Part shown: positions 22,489 through 32,380 of the stretch, in pieces | How positions within the stretch are numbered: the first letter of the stretch is position 1 | Layout: each line of letters starts with the position of its first letter | From: Alphaproteobacteria bacterium | GTDB taxonomy: Bacteria; Pseudomonadota; Alphaproteobacteria; Micavibrionales; Micavibrionaceae | DNA length: 64,000 nucleotides | NCBI GenBank assembly: GCA_018608245.1 | Contig: JABAZY010000016.1 | Span: 14,428 to 78,427 of the forward strand | Direction of reading: 5' to 3' | Position numbers and translations under genes: made by a program | The notes under the pieces: model-generated | Told to the model about the DNA's origin: nothing | The model's input: only the letters and a program-made list of their open reading frames with translations | Database searches by the model: none

Positions 22489-22938
22489 ATGAAAAAATTA
22501 CTATCCATGATGGCTGTTGCCATTGCTATATTCGCAATTGCACCAAATGCATCAGCAGAACATCACGAGGAAAAGATGGAAGAAAAGCCTGCCATGGAAG
22601 CTACCATGAAAACACCAGTGCAAGCTGTTGTATTTTATTCAGACACTTGTGGTTCTTGTAAAATTCTTGAGCCAAAAATGGAAGCCGCAATGCAAGCTGT
22701 AAACATGGATAAAATCAATGTTGTGAAATTTGATTTTTCAAACAAAGAAACAATTGAAGCCACAAAAATGCTTGCGGCAGAAAATAACGTATCTGCTACT
22801 TTAAATGAGTATGGCGCGAAAACTGGTTTTGTTGTTTTACTTGATGCTAATGGCCAAGAAGTTGCAAAGCTTAAAAAAGATCACACTGAACAAGAAATTG
22901 CAGGCGAATTAACAAGCGCAATTCTTGCTTCTCTATAA
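22489..22938 (+). CDS. Periplasmic thioredoxin-fold protein with CGSC active site and His/Met-rich N-terminus
   Basis: 149 aa. Signal peptide ending ASA, then EHHEEKMEEKPAMEATMK, then FYSDTCGSCKILEP. Confidence 0.7.
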   Translation: MKKLLSMMAVAIAIFAIAPNASAEHHEEKMEEKPAMEATMKTPVQAVVFYSDTCGSCKILEPKMEAAMQAVNMDKINVVKFDFSNKETIEATKMLAAENNVSATLNEYGAKTGFVVLLDANGQEVAKLKKDHTEQEIAGELTSAILASL

Positions 22939-22972
22939 TACCCACGAACATAATATTTAAAGGAAACCAACC

Positions 22973-25054
22973 GTGACATATTTTAAAACATTAATATTAA
23001 CTTTATGTCTGTTTGGTTTTCTTAACTTCTCCGAAGCACATGCTATAAATGATGATAATGAGCCTGATAACTATATTAGCGTTCAAATTATTCCAGAAAA
23101 AACAAACGTCTCTGCGGGTGATACAATTCACCTAGCGATCAAAAACACGCTCTACCCTAAATGGCATATATACTGGATTAACCCAGGAGATTCAGGTACC
23201 GCCCCAAATGTTAAATGGGACTTACCAGAAGGATTTGAAGCTGGCGATATTAAATGGCCAACACCTGCTAAAATACCCTTTCCACCATTAATGAATTTTG
23301 GTTATGAAGATGAAGTTACCTTACTTCAAGAGCTAACAATTCCTGCCAATATTTCTTCAGACCCTATCACTATTAAAGGCAACATCGACTACCTGGTTTG
23401 CCATGACATTTGCATTCCAGAATCACATGCCGTTGAATTCACACTGAATGATGGCAACGTTGATAACAGCTCAATCATCCAAGAAGCCTTCACAAAATTA
23501 CCTACACACAAAGATTGGAACGCAACTTACGCGTTAACCGCAGAACATTTTATTCTTGATATAGAAACAAATGACACAATCACAAATGACCATGTATTAT
23601 TGCCTGTTGATTGGGGGCTGATTGATAACACAGCTACTGCAACGATCACAAAAACAGATGCAGGTTACCAATTTAAAAAAGCTGTTGGCGATCGTGACTT
23701 AGCAGAAGTAAATGACATTGAACTTGTCATTAATAATGACACGCAATCATTTCAATTCAGCGCACAAAAAGCAGGTGCAACCACAGCAAATACAACAGAT
23801 ACCCCGACAACAGAAAAAACCTATTCAACCACTATCCTACAAGCACTTATCTACGCTTTAATTGGCGGGGTTATCCTTAATCTAATGCCTTGTGTATTCC
23901 CTGTTCTGTCCATGAAAGCCCTGAGCTTGATGCAGCTACAAGGTAAAGAAGAAAAGAAAGCACAAATGTATGGCCTAAGCTATACAGCTGGTATTCTCCT
24001 AAGTTTTGGGTTGATTGCAGGAATTTTAATCGCCCTAAAAGCGTTTGGTGCAGAAATAGGTTGGGGCTTTCAATTGCAAAACCCAATTGTGATTACTGTA
24101 TTAATCTACTTAATTTTTGCCATCGGCCTAAACATGATTGGCTTGTTCGAAATCTCTGGACGCATTGGTAATGTTGGTCAGAACTTAACGCAAAAATCGG
24201 GTAACAAAGGTGCATTCTTTACAGGCGTATTAGCCACCTTAGTGGCAACCCCTTGTACTGCGCCGTTCATGGCTACAGCTATTGGCTTCGCCCTAACGCA
24301 ACCAGCCATTGTCTCCATGCTAATTTTCTTATCCTTAGGATTGGGCCTAGCCCTTCCATATTTAGCACTATGCTTTATTCCAGCTTTACGACACAAACTG
24401 CCTAAGCCTGGCGCATGGATGGAAAATTTCAGACAATTTCTATCCTTCCCAATGTTCCTAACGGCTGCTTACTTAGTGTGGGTTTTATCTCAACAAGTAA
24501 ATGGTGCAGGCGTTCTTTATACACTGGTAGGCTTAATAGCGATTACTTTTATTCTATGGTTAAAGCGCTTTAACCCAAGCTCAAAAAAGCTAGCTATCAC
24601 AAACAAGATCTTAATCATCCTAACGGCTCTATTCGTGATCTACGTACCCTTCACCTTAAAAGGTATAGATCAAGCCATTAGCGCTGAAAAAATCGGCGAT
24701 AATTGGAGTGGTTATTCGAGTGAAAAACTATCTAACCTTTTAAGCACAACAGATGAGCCTATCTTCGTCAACATGACCGCAGCATGGTGTATCACTTGTA
24801 AAGTAAATGAACGTATTGCGCTTTCACCGCAATCAACAAAGGAACTATTTAAGTCTATGAACGTTCAATATCTGAAAGGTGATTGGACCAACCAAGATCC
24901 AGGAATTACAAAATATTTAGAAGAATTTGATCGTAGTGGCGTTCCACTATATGTGTACTACCCTCCACGCGATCAAGAAAGTGGGGCGCGACCAGAAGCG
25001 GTTTTACTCCCTCAATTACTGACCAAAGGAATTATAGAACGAGCACTTCTATAA
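22973..25054 (+). CDS. DsbD/ScsB-family transmembrane thiol:disulfide reductase
   Basis: 693 aa with a GTG start and a signal peptide. N-terminal periplasmic domain with CHDIC, a central CcdA-like TM core with MPCVFPVL and TPCTAPF, and a C-terminal thioredoxin domain WCITCKVNE. Confidence 0.88.
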   Translation: MTYFKTLILTLCLFGFLNFSEAHAINDDNEPDNYISVQIIPEKTNVSAGDTIHLAIKNTLYPKWHIYWINPGDSGTAPNVKWDLPEGFEAGDIKWPTPAKIPFPPLMNFGYEDEVTLLQELTIPANISSDPITIKGNIDYLVCHDICIPESHAVEFTLNDGNVDNSSIIQEAFTKLPTHKDWNATYALTAEHFILDIETNDTITNDHVLLPVDWGLIDNTATATITKTDAGYQFKKAVGDRDLAEVNDIELVINNDTQSFQFSAQKAGATTANTTDTPTTEKTYSTTILQALIYALIGGVILNLMPCVFPVLSMKALSLMQLQGKEEKKAQMYGLSYTAGILLSFGLIAGILIALKAFGAEIGWGFQLQNPIVITVLIYLIFAIGLNMIGLFEISGRIGNVGQNLTQKSGNKGAFFTGVLATLVATPCTAPFMATAIGFALTQPAIVSMLIFLSLGLGLALPYLALCFIPALRHKLPKPGAWMENFRQFLSFPMFLTAAYLVWVLSQQVNGAGVLYTLVGLIAITFILWLKRFNPSSKKLAITNKILIILTALFVIYVPFTLKGIDQAISAEKIGDNWSGYSSEKLSNLLSTTDEPIFVNMTAAWCITCKVNERIALSPQSTKELFKSMNVQYLKGDWTNQDPGITKYLEEFDRSGVPLYVYYPPRDQESGARPEAVLLPQLLTKGIIERALL

Positions 25055-25082
25055 AATTAGAAACTTCATGAAAGGAAGAAAA

Positions 25083-25694
25083 ATGAAAATCAAACTACTT
25101 AGTGTATTTGCCGTACTTGCGATGGTTATCGCGTTACCAGCATTTGCCTCAAGCCCTGAAATTGGCAAAATGGCGCCTGAATTTACAGCTGTGGATTCAA
25201 ATGGTAACACGCACAACTTAAGCGACTTTAAAGGTAAAAAAGTTGTTCTTGAGTGGTCAAACCATGAATGTCCTTTCGTTGTAAAACATTACAGCGTCGG
25301 TAACATGCAAAAGGTTCAAGAAGCAGCAACTGCATCCGATGATGTTGTATGGTTGACTATCCTGTCCTCAGCAGAAAGCAAGCAAGGTTATGTGTCAGGC
25401 GAAGAAGCAAATAAAGTTGCTGAAGAACAAGGATCAAAAGCAACAGCACGTTTGCTAGACCCATCAGGTGAAATTGGTAAATTATATGATGCCAAAACAA
25501 CACCGCATATGTTCGTGATTGATGAAGCTGGCATGCTTGTTTATGCAGGTGCCATCGACAGTGATAAAAGCTTCAAGCCAGAATCAATTGATGGTGCAAC
25601 TAATTATGTTATGGCTGCTCTAGGATCACTTGAAAAAGGTGAGCCAGTTGAAGTTGCAAACACAAAACCATACGGTTGTGGCGTTAAATACTAA
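25083..25694 (+). CDS. Periplasmic redoxin/peroxiredoxin-like thioredoxin-fold protein
   Basis: Signal peptide MKIKLLSVFAVLAMVIALPAFA. AhpC/TSA-like FKGKKVVLEWSNHECPFV and a C-terminal YGCGVKY. SD AAAGGAAG precedes this ATG (track start 25068). Confidence 0.7.
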   Translation: MKIKLLSVFAVLAMVIALPAFASSPEIGKMAPEFTAVDSNGNTHNLSDFKGKKVVLEWSNHECPFVVKHYSVGNMQKVQEAATASDDVVWLTILSSAESKQGYVSGEEANKVAEEQGSKATARLLDPSGEIGKLYDAKTTPHMFVIDEAGMLVYAGAIDSDKSFKPESIDGATNYVMAALGSLEKGEPVEVANTKPYGCGVKY

Positions 25695-25718
25695 TAATTA
25701 GAGTTTAATCTCTCTCGA

Positions 25719-25765
25719 AAAGCCTTTTTGGTCGCCTTTATGGTTTACCAAAAAGGCTTTTTTAT
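25719..25765 (+). terminator. Rho-independent terminator after the Trx/DsbD/redoxin genes
   Basis: AAAGCCTTTTTGGT (25719-25732) pairs with ACCAAAAAGGCTTT (25747-25760) and is followed by a T-run. Confidence 0.85.
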
Positions 25766-25855
25766 TGAAAATTGCTTTTTTCTGTTCAACCTACTTACAT
25801 TTACTGATAGTATTACATAAATACATTATTGATTCTTTTTACATCCCAGTTCTTT

Positions 25856-27772
25856 ATGACCCAAGCCAATAAATTAAAAAAAACTAAACCTGTTGCATCA
25901 AAACCAACACAAAAGAAATCTGCTCAAAAGCAGACAGAAGCACCGCGTCTGGTAATTATTGAAAATGGCCAAATCATCTTTTCCAACGATGCATTTCAGG
26001 ACGTTATTGGCACAAAGGCTAACATCATAGGTCAAAATATTCGTGATCTTTTTAATTTTGACGGACATAGCATTAGCGATATTCAAGGAATCACCAGCGG
26101 CCAGCATAATATTTCACTGCAAAATAACAAAAAACAATTACTGCTACAGTTTGACTGGATAGACACACCAAGCAAAAATCGTTATTTAATCGCTTCTGCA
26201 GAAGAAGCTATAGCTCCTAAACAGCTTTTAAAATATATCACGGAAAAAGTTGAATCCCTTGAAAATGTAACAGCAAAATTTGAAGACCCCTTTGCCAGTC
26301 TGGCCACAGAAACCAAAATAATTCTAGATAGTACCTATAATTTTAAAATTATCGATTCTATCTTTACCAATATTTTGGGTTACAAGCTTGAGCAAATAAA
26401 CGATAAAAACCTTATCAATCTAATATATTTTCAAGATCAAGAAGCAATTAAAACACAATTAGAAACACAAACAGCACCTGCCCCTTTTTCATTTGAAGCG
26501 CGGTTTATAAGTGCTAATGAAGAACTTATATGGATGAAATGGTCTTGCGTTGAACAAGATCAAAAAATATATGCTGTTGGCCATGACACAACAATCGAAA
26601 AAGAAAATGAACAATTAATTGCACGTCATCAAAAAGAATTAAGTGAAGCTGAAGCCATTGGTCACATGGGTCAGTGGCGTTGGCCTGTAGGCTCCGATGA
26701 ACTTAATCTATCACCAGAAATTTATCATATTTTCGGCCTATCGACAGAAGGTTTTGTACCAACCTTAGACAGCATCAATAAAATGATTTTCCGCCGTGAT
26801 GCAGGGCGTATGACCCAAGTATTTCAACGTGCAATAATTGAACAAAATGACTATGACGTTGATTTCCGCATTAAACGCCCTGACGGTGAAACCCGCTATA
26901 TCCGTTGCGAAGGACGTTGCGAAATTGACCCTGCAGATGATGATGTCGTTGCCTTATACGGTATCATGCAGGATGTTACAGACTCTACGGTGCGCGAACT
27001 AGATCTCTTGAAAGCCAAAAACAGTGTTGAGCGTGCCTATGCCGCCAAGACACAATTTTTAGCCAACATGAGCCATGAATTACGTACGCCCTTAAATGCA
27101 ATTATTGGCTTTTCTGAAATGATTCAACGTCAACTTTTAGGACCAATCGGCACTGAAAAATATTTAGAATATATTGATGGTATCCGCGAAAGTGGTGAGC
27201 ATCTTCTCGATCTTATTAGTGATATTTTAGACATGTCTAAAATTGAAGCGGGTAAATACGAATTAAGCTTAGAGAATTTTAACATCGCTAAATTAATCCG
27301 CATGGCCGTTCATATGATGGAAGGGCGAGCGCTTGATTCAAACATTAAAATTGATGTGGCTCTAGATAATGAAGGCCTACAAATTGTCGCAGACCGTCGC
27401 GCCATTATGCAGATGGTTTTAAACTTACTATCTAATGCTGTTAAATTTTCTAAACAAAACGGACGCGTTACTATTTCATTGCATGAGCGAGATAATTACA
27501 TTTCTATCAAGGTTGCGGATACAGGTATTGGCATCCCTGCAAATAAGCTAGCCAACATCACTCAACCGTTTGAGCAAGCTGAATGCCACTATACAAGGGA
27601 GCATGAAGGCTCTGGCTTAGGCTTAGCGATCACAAAAGAACTTACCGAAATTCATGGTGGAACACTTCACATTGAATCAACTATAGATGTAGGTACAACG
27701 GTCACTATTCGTGTGCCATATGACGCAACTGATGCTTGCCGTCAGCGTAAAAAAGCTAAGGATGTTTATTAA
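25856..27772 (+). CDS. Soluble PAS-domain sensor histidine kinase (no receiver domain)
   Basis: HisKA H-box FLANMSHELRTPLNAI and HATPase N/G boxes (LLSNAVKFS, DTGIGI, GSGLGLAI). At least two PAS-like segments. No TM helix. The ORF track begins at a TTG at 25829. Confidence 0.85.
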   Translation: MTQANKLKKTKPVASKPTQKKSAQKQTEAPRLVIIENGQIIFSNDAFQDVIGTKANIIGQNIRDLFNFDGHSISDIQGITSGQHNISLQNNKKQLLLQFDWIDTPSKNRYLIASAEEAIAPKQLLKYITEKVESLENVTAKFEDPFASLATETKIILDSTYNFKIIDSIFTNILGYKLEQINDKNLINLIYFQDQEAIKTQLETQTAPAPFSFEARFISANEELIWMKWSCVEQDQKIYAVGHDTTIEKENEQLIARHQKELSEAEAIGHMGQWRWPVGSDELNLSPEIYHIFGLSTEGFVPTLDSINKMIFRRDAGRMTQVFQRAIIEQNDYDVDFRIKRPDGETRYIRCEGRCEIDPADDDVVALYGIMQDVTDSTVRELDLLKAKNSVERAYAAKTQFLANMSHELRTPLNAIIGFSEMIQRQLLGPIGTEKYLEYIDGIRESGEHLLDLISDILDMSKIEAGKYELSLENFNIAKLIRMAVHMMEGRALDSNIKIDVALDNEGLQIVADRRAIMQMVLNLLSNAVKFSKQNGRVTISLHERDNYISIKVADTGIGIPANKLANITQPFEQAECHYTREHEGSGLGLAITKELTEIHGGTLHIESTIDVGTTVTIRVPYDATDACRQRKKAKDVY

Positions 27773-28699
27773 TTAGGCTTTTTGTTGTTCTTCTAGTTCT
27801 TGCGACAACGCATATTCTTCCGCTGCCAAACAGCCCATCAACCCAACTCGATAATTTGGGTATTTTAAAGCAACCCCTAATTCAGTTTTAATTTTCTGAT
27901 TATTAACGACCTTGTTATCCTTATAAAAACTCTCTGTAATCGGCGCCATATCGGCTTCTTCATAGGGAATTAAAGGAGGCACTTCTATGCCTAACAAATT
28001 ACATGCCTCAGCAATAACTTCATGGCTAGCAGATGGATGGTCATCGGCTAAATTATAAAATGACCCTGGCTTAGGATGTTCAAAAGATGCTTTAAGCACC
28101 TGCACAATATCTTCAACATGAATTCGATTAAACAAATGGCCTTGCTTCTCAATACGCCTAGCCACACCAACACGCGCAGAATCTAACGCGCTACGTCCAG
28201 GCCCATAAATACCTGATAACCTAAAGATATGAACCGGCACACCATGGCGGTGATATAAAGACATCCATTCCTGCTCAGCTACCGCACGTCGTGACCCACG
28301 TTGAGAGGTTGGACGAATCTCAGATGTCTCTGTTACCTCACCGCCGTCACGGTTACCATAGACGCCTGTGCTGGATAAATATCCGACCCATTCCAAATTA
28401 GGTAGATTTAGTAAATCTTCCGCATGCATTTGAAATGTTGGATGACCACGCCCATCTGGTGGGGTAGATACTAAAATATGCGTCACAGTATTTAAAATTT
28501 CTGGCGCATCTATTAACGGGTGATCATAATCAAAAATATGTGTCCTAATCCTACGAGCTAACAACCCTTTGCGACGTTCTTCATCACGGGTTGTGCCAGC
28601 CAATGTCCAACTATCGTCACTTTGTTGTAAAGCATGCCCCAGATAATCACTGACATAACCATACCCAAAACAAAATAGTCGTTTATTTTTCTGCATCAT
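27773..28699 (-). CDS. NAD(P)-dependent epimerase/dehydratase-like (extended SDR) protein
   Basis: 308 aa. N-terminal Rossmann-like FCFGYGYVS and a mid-protein YGxxxS pattern. The family call is approximate. Confidence 0.55.
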   Translation of the reverse strand: MMQKNKRLFCFGYGYVSDYLGHALQQSDDSWTLAGTTRDEERRKGLLARRIRTHIFDYDHPLIDAPEILNTVTHILVSTPPDGRGHPTFQMHAEDLLNLPNLEWVGYLSSTGVYGNRDGGEVTETSEIRPTSQRGSRRAVAEQEWMSLYHRHGVPVHIFRLSGIYGPGRSALDSARVGVARRIEKQGHLFNRIHVEDIVQVLKASFEHPKPGSFYNLADDHPSASHEVIAEACNLLGIEVPPLIPYEEADMAPITESFYKDNKVVNNQKIKTELGVALKYPNYRVGLMGCLAAEEYALSQELEEQQKA

Positions 28700-28729
28700 T
28701 TTAAACTTGAATCTTGGTTATAGATGTTT

Positions 28730-29398
28730 CTAAAAATCAACATCTTCGTAATGCTCCACAGGCTTAAATCCTGGCACACGATCTTGTAATAATGGCTTAA
28801 AGCTTGGGCGTGACTTAACCCGTGCATACCAATCTTGCGCCGATTTATGCTCAGCCCACGGCACATCACCAATATAATCTATTGCTGATAGATGAGAAGC
28901 TGCCGCAATATCAGCCAAAGAGAAATTATCCCCTGCTAACCATTTGCGCTTCTCTGTTAAAAACCCGATATAATCCAGATGATAATGAATATTGGCATTA
29001 CCAGCGCGAATCGACGGGCCATGTGGCTCACCTAATTTTAACATAGGTTTCATTAATTTCTCACCGAGCAAGTTATCCGATACTTCACGGTTAAACTTCA
29101 CATCAAACCACCCAACCAAACGACGAGTCTCAGCACGTTGAATAGGATCAGAACCTAGTAGGTTTTTCTCAGGGTAGACTTCTTCTAAATACTCGCAAAT
29201 CACTTGGGAATTAGCCAATTTTGTGCCATCTGGCTCAATCAAAACAGGTACATCGCCAGCAGGATTCATAGCAAGAAATTCAGTGCGGCGTTCCCAGATT
29301 TTTTCAATCTGTTCATCAAATTGCAAATTTTTTTCCGCCAGTACAATACGTACTTTGCGAGAAAAAGGGTGTAGCCAAAGATGAAATAATTTTCTCAT
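28730..29398 (-). CDS. Glutathione S-transferase family protein
   Basis: 222 aa. N-terminal thioredoxin-like HPFSRKVRIVLAEK...VPVL and a C-terminal helical GST domain. Confidence 0.7.
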   Translation of the reverse strand: MRKLFHLWLHPFSRKVRIVLAEKNLQFDEQIEKIWERRTEFLAMNPAGDVPVLIEPDGTKLANSQVICEYLEEVYPEKNLLGSDPIQRAETRRLVGWFDVKFNREVSDNLLGEKLMKPMLKLGEPHGPSIRAGNANIHYHLDYIGFLTEKRKWLAGDNFSLADIAAASHLSAIDYIGDVPWAEHKSAQDWYARVKSRPSFKPLLQDRVPGFKPVEHYEDVDF

Positions 29399-29482
29399 TA
29401 TGGAAGGTATGTTACCCCAAAAAACCCTTTCCGCATAGTCCCTTAACTAGACTTTCTACAGCAAGAATTACATTTTTGTGAT

Positions 29483-30691
29483 TTACCGCGCTGAAACAGC
29501 GACAACATTAACCATGACAGGGATATCGACGCCTACAATTGATGGATCTTCCCATTCTCCCGCACCCATATCGTAATTTAAACGATTAAGCTGTACCTGC
29601 CCACGCATCAAGGCGCGCTTGCCCATTTCCTTATCTGGCTTAATCTCCAAAGAAAATGGCATCGTAATCGGCATCGTGACACCGCGCATAGTTAAATTAC
29701 CAATAACAATATACTTGCCCTCTTCGCCTTCTTCAAACGCCAAGGATTTAAAAATAGCCTGCGGGAATTCATTTACACTGAACCATTCACCACCAAGTAA
29801 ATTATTGTTACGCTCCACATCACCCGTTTCAACTTCATTTAACTCAATGAATATTTCAACACTACTCTCAGTTAAATTGTCTGGATCAAAAATAATTGTG
29901 CCATGAAAATTTGGGAACATACCCGTAAAATCTTTACCGTACACATTACCTTTAAACTCAACTGAACTTTCACTCGAAACAATCGCCCACTGATGCGCGG
30001 ATAATTCTGATACTTCTACATTTTTTATATCTTCTAACTCTGCTGTAACCACTTCCGCTTGTTTAGACTGTTTTAATTCCTTTTGTACAATTAAAAATCC
30101 TACACCTGCAAAAAATAACAGTGCCACGAGCGAGATAATAAAAGGAACAAGCTTTCCTTGCGCCAACATCATGTTTTTAAGCGTGCTATCTTTATCAATA
30201 AAGTGATGCTTCAAAGCACCCACAATATGCAACCCTAAAGCGATAATCAATAGATACGCAAGCACCTCATGCGTGCCATGCATCAGTTTCGCGAAATCCA
30301 TATTTTTACCAACTAAATCAGGTATTTGCAGGCCAAAAAATGGTACAGGATATTCCCCTGCGGAAGACATTAACCATCCACTTAACGGCATCCCAATCAT
30401 CGCAATATAAAGGAAAATATGAATGATTTTAGAAAGCATACGCTCCCATAATTGATGATCTGGATTAGGCTTTGGACGCGCAACAATATGCTTCCAAATA
30501 ATCCGCAAGCCTACAAGCCAAAGTACGAGTAACCCAAAAGATTTATGCATCGCATATAATTTAATCTTGTCAGGACTATACTCCATCGCCGTCATATATA
30601 ACCCCACAGGGATCAGTCCTAATATAAGTAAGGCCATACCCCAATGGAATATTTTAGAGACTATATAATATTTTTGTGATTGCTCGCTCAC
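29483..30691 (-). CDS. Cytochrome b561 (CybB-type) fused to a YceI-like domain
   Basis: 402 aa. The N-terminal 4-TM region has conserved His residues (SKIFHWGMA, AMHKSFG, GTHEVLAY, GALKHHF). This is followed by an extra TM helix and a C-terminal lipocalin-like YceI domain (SSVEFKG...GNLTMRGVTMPI). Confidence 0.8.
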   Translation of the reverse strand: MSEQSQKYYIVSKIFHWGMALLILGLIPVGLYMTAMEYSPDKIKLYAMHKSFGLLVLWLVGLRIIWKHIVARPKPNPDHQLWERMLSKIIHIFLYIAMIGMPLSGWLMSSAGEYPVPFFGLQIPDLVGKNMDFAKLMHGTHEVLAYLLIIALGLHIVGALKHHFIDKDSTLKNMMLAQGKLVPFIISLVALLFFAGVGFLIVQKELKQSKQAEVVTAELEDIKNVEVSELSAHQWAIVSSESSVEFKGNVYGKDFTGMFPNFHGTIIFDPDNLTESSVEIFIELNEVETGDVERNNNLLGGEWFSVNEFPQAIFKSLAFEEGEEGKYIVIGNLTMRGVTMPITMPFSLEIKPDKEMGKRALMRGQVQLNRLNYDMGAGEWEDPSIVGVDIPVMVNVVAVSAR

Positions 30692-30699
30692 GGTTAAAA

Positions 30700-31296
30700 C
30701 TATTCTGTTTTGTCGCCATCAAGACGCATTGCTTCAACTTCTAATCTAATTTCAACATCATCACCAACACCTGGAATACCGTAATTCATTCCAAATTCTG
30801 AGCGTTTTATATTAGCCGTTGCAGAAAAACCAGCGACATATCTTTTTGAAAATGGGTGAACCCCAGCTTTGTTAAATGTCGTATTCAACACAACATCATT
30901 TGTTGTATCAAGAATGGTCAACTTACCTGTGATATTGGCCGTATTGTCGCCTGTCACTTCGACCTTGGTGCCCTTGAATGTCATTTTTGGGTACTCGCCA
31001 ATATTGAAGAAATCAGCGTTCTTCATGTGCGCATCCCATTTTTCATCATCCATATCAATGCTATCTGTGTAAATTGTCACATCCACTTTTGAATTCTCAG
31101 GGTTTTCCTGATCAAACTCAACGGATCCATCATATTTATGGAACTCCCCTTGAGACATTGAAAAACCAAGGTGATTCACGAAAAATAATATCTGTGTATG
31201 GGCTTTATCAAATTCGTAACGCTCTGTCGCAGCTTGCGCCGTCTTCATTACTGGGGGCAAAATCATCAATAAAGCTAAAGTAAGTAAAATGCGCAT
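30700..31296 (-). CDS. YceI-family periplasmic polyisoprenoid-binding protein
   Basis: 198 aa with a signal peptide. DKAHTQILFFVNHLGFS and GKLTILDTTNDV patterns typical of YceI. Confidence 0.8.
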   Translation of the reverse strand: MRILLTLALLMILPPVMKTAQAATERYEFDKAHTQILFFVNHLGFSMSQGEFHKYDGSVEFDQENPENSKVDVTIYTDSIDMDDEKWDAHMKNADFFNIGEYPKMTFKGTKVEVTGDNTANITGKLTILDTTNDVVLNTTFNKAGVHPFSKRYVAGFSATANIKRSEFGMNYGIPGVGDDVEIRLEVEAMRLDGDKTE

Positions 31297-31308
31297 AATA
31301 TAATCCTT

Positions 31309-31512
31309 TTATAAGTTTGTTTTTTCATAGATCTGTAGGGCAATCCATAATCCTAAAAACGCCGATGCCCACACCATCGGCCCATACACCCATTTTAATG
31401 AGTTATTTGTCTGAATTTCTTTCTTGCTTCGCTTTATCAGAAGCACGTTAATAATGCCCAATCCTATTGAGAAGCCAAAAATAAAGCCAACTGTGCCAAA
31501 TATATAGACCAT
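31309..31512 (-). CDS. Small two-TM membrane protein, unknown function
   Basis: 67-aa ORF with two hydrophobic helices. It ends 12 nt upstream of the YceI gene on the same strand. No family recognised. Confidence 0.45.
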   Translation of the reverse strand: MVYIFGTVGFIFGFSIGLGIINVLLIKRSKKEIQTNNSLKWVYGPMVWASAFLGLWIALQIYEKTNL

Positions 31513-31576
31513 AATATTATTATTCGTTACTGTTGCATGTTAGTTACAAAAATCAATCAACATATTAACGGAAATT

Positions 31577-32380
31577 ATGCCTCTATACCATATCCTAATT
31601 TTAGCCCTAATTCAGGGGCTTACAGAGTTCCTCCCCGTTAGCTCCAGCGGGCATTTGGTGCTCACCCACTCATTATTAGGGCAGGACAACCACGATCTGT
31701 GTTGGGAAACCAACCGTATGATTGATGTTGCTGTCCATGTCGGCACGTTATTATCTGTCCTCGTCTATTTCTGGAAAGATTTATGGGCGATGTTGATTAA
31801 TATTTTTAATTTCAAATCAAATGAATTCAAATTAATCACGCACCTTACAATTGCCTCCGTGCCCGTGATCATTGCAGGCTTTATCATTCATAAGCTAGAA
31901 CCTAGCTTCCTCTGCATGGTTGAGGTTATGGCATGGATGACGATTATCTTTGGTATTGTCCTTTGGGTCGCTGACCGATTTTTTCCTGCCGATAAAACAC
32001 TCGACCAAATGAACTGGTTTCAAGCCACATTAATAGGATTATCTCAATCTTTAGCGCTCGTCCCAGGCACCAGCCGTTCGGGCATCACCATGACATCTGC
32101 GAGATTTTTAGGATTTAAACGAACCGAAGCCGCCAGATTTTCTCTCTTGCTTTCCATCGTTGCCATCGGTGGCGCAGGCGCTTTAAGTAGTTTGGATTTA
32201 GTCCAAGAAGGCAATATGAACCTTGGTACTGATGTGCTTGTCGCCATCCTTCTATCTTTCTTAGCAGGCTGGGGGGCGATTGCCGTGATGATGCGTTGGT
32301 TACAGAAATCAAGCTTCACCCCCTTCGCCATTTACCGTGTTATATTAGGTATCATCATCTTAGCTGTATTGTATGTCTAA
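31577..32380 (+). CDS. uppP: Undecaprenyl-diphosphate phosphatase
   Basis: 267 aa. EFLPVSSSGHL and PGTSRSGITM motifs. Polytopic. Confidence 0.92.
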   Translation: MPLYHILILALIQGLTEFLPVSSSGHLVLTHSLLGQDNHDLCWETNRMIDVAVHVGTLLSVLVYFWKDLWAMLINIFNFKSNEFKLITHLTIASVPVIIAGFIIHKLEPSFLCMVEVMAWMTIIFGIVLWVADRFFPADKTLDQMNWFQATLIGLSQSLALVPGTSRSGITMTSARFLGFKRTEAARFSLLLSIVAIGGAGALSSLDLVQEGNMNLGTDVLVAILLSFLAGWGAIAVMMRWLQKSSFTPFAIYRVILGIIILAVLYV

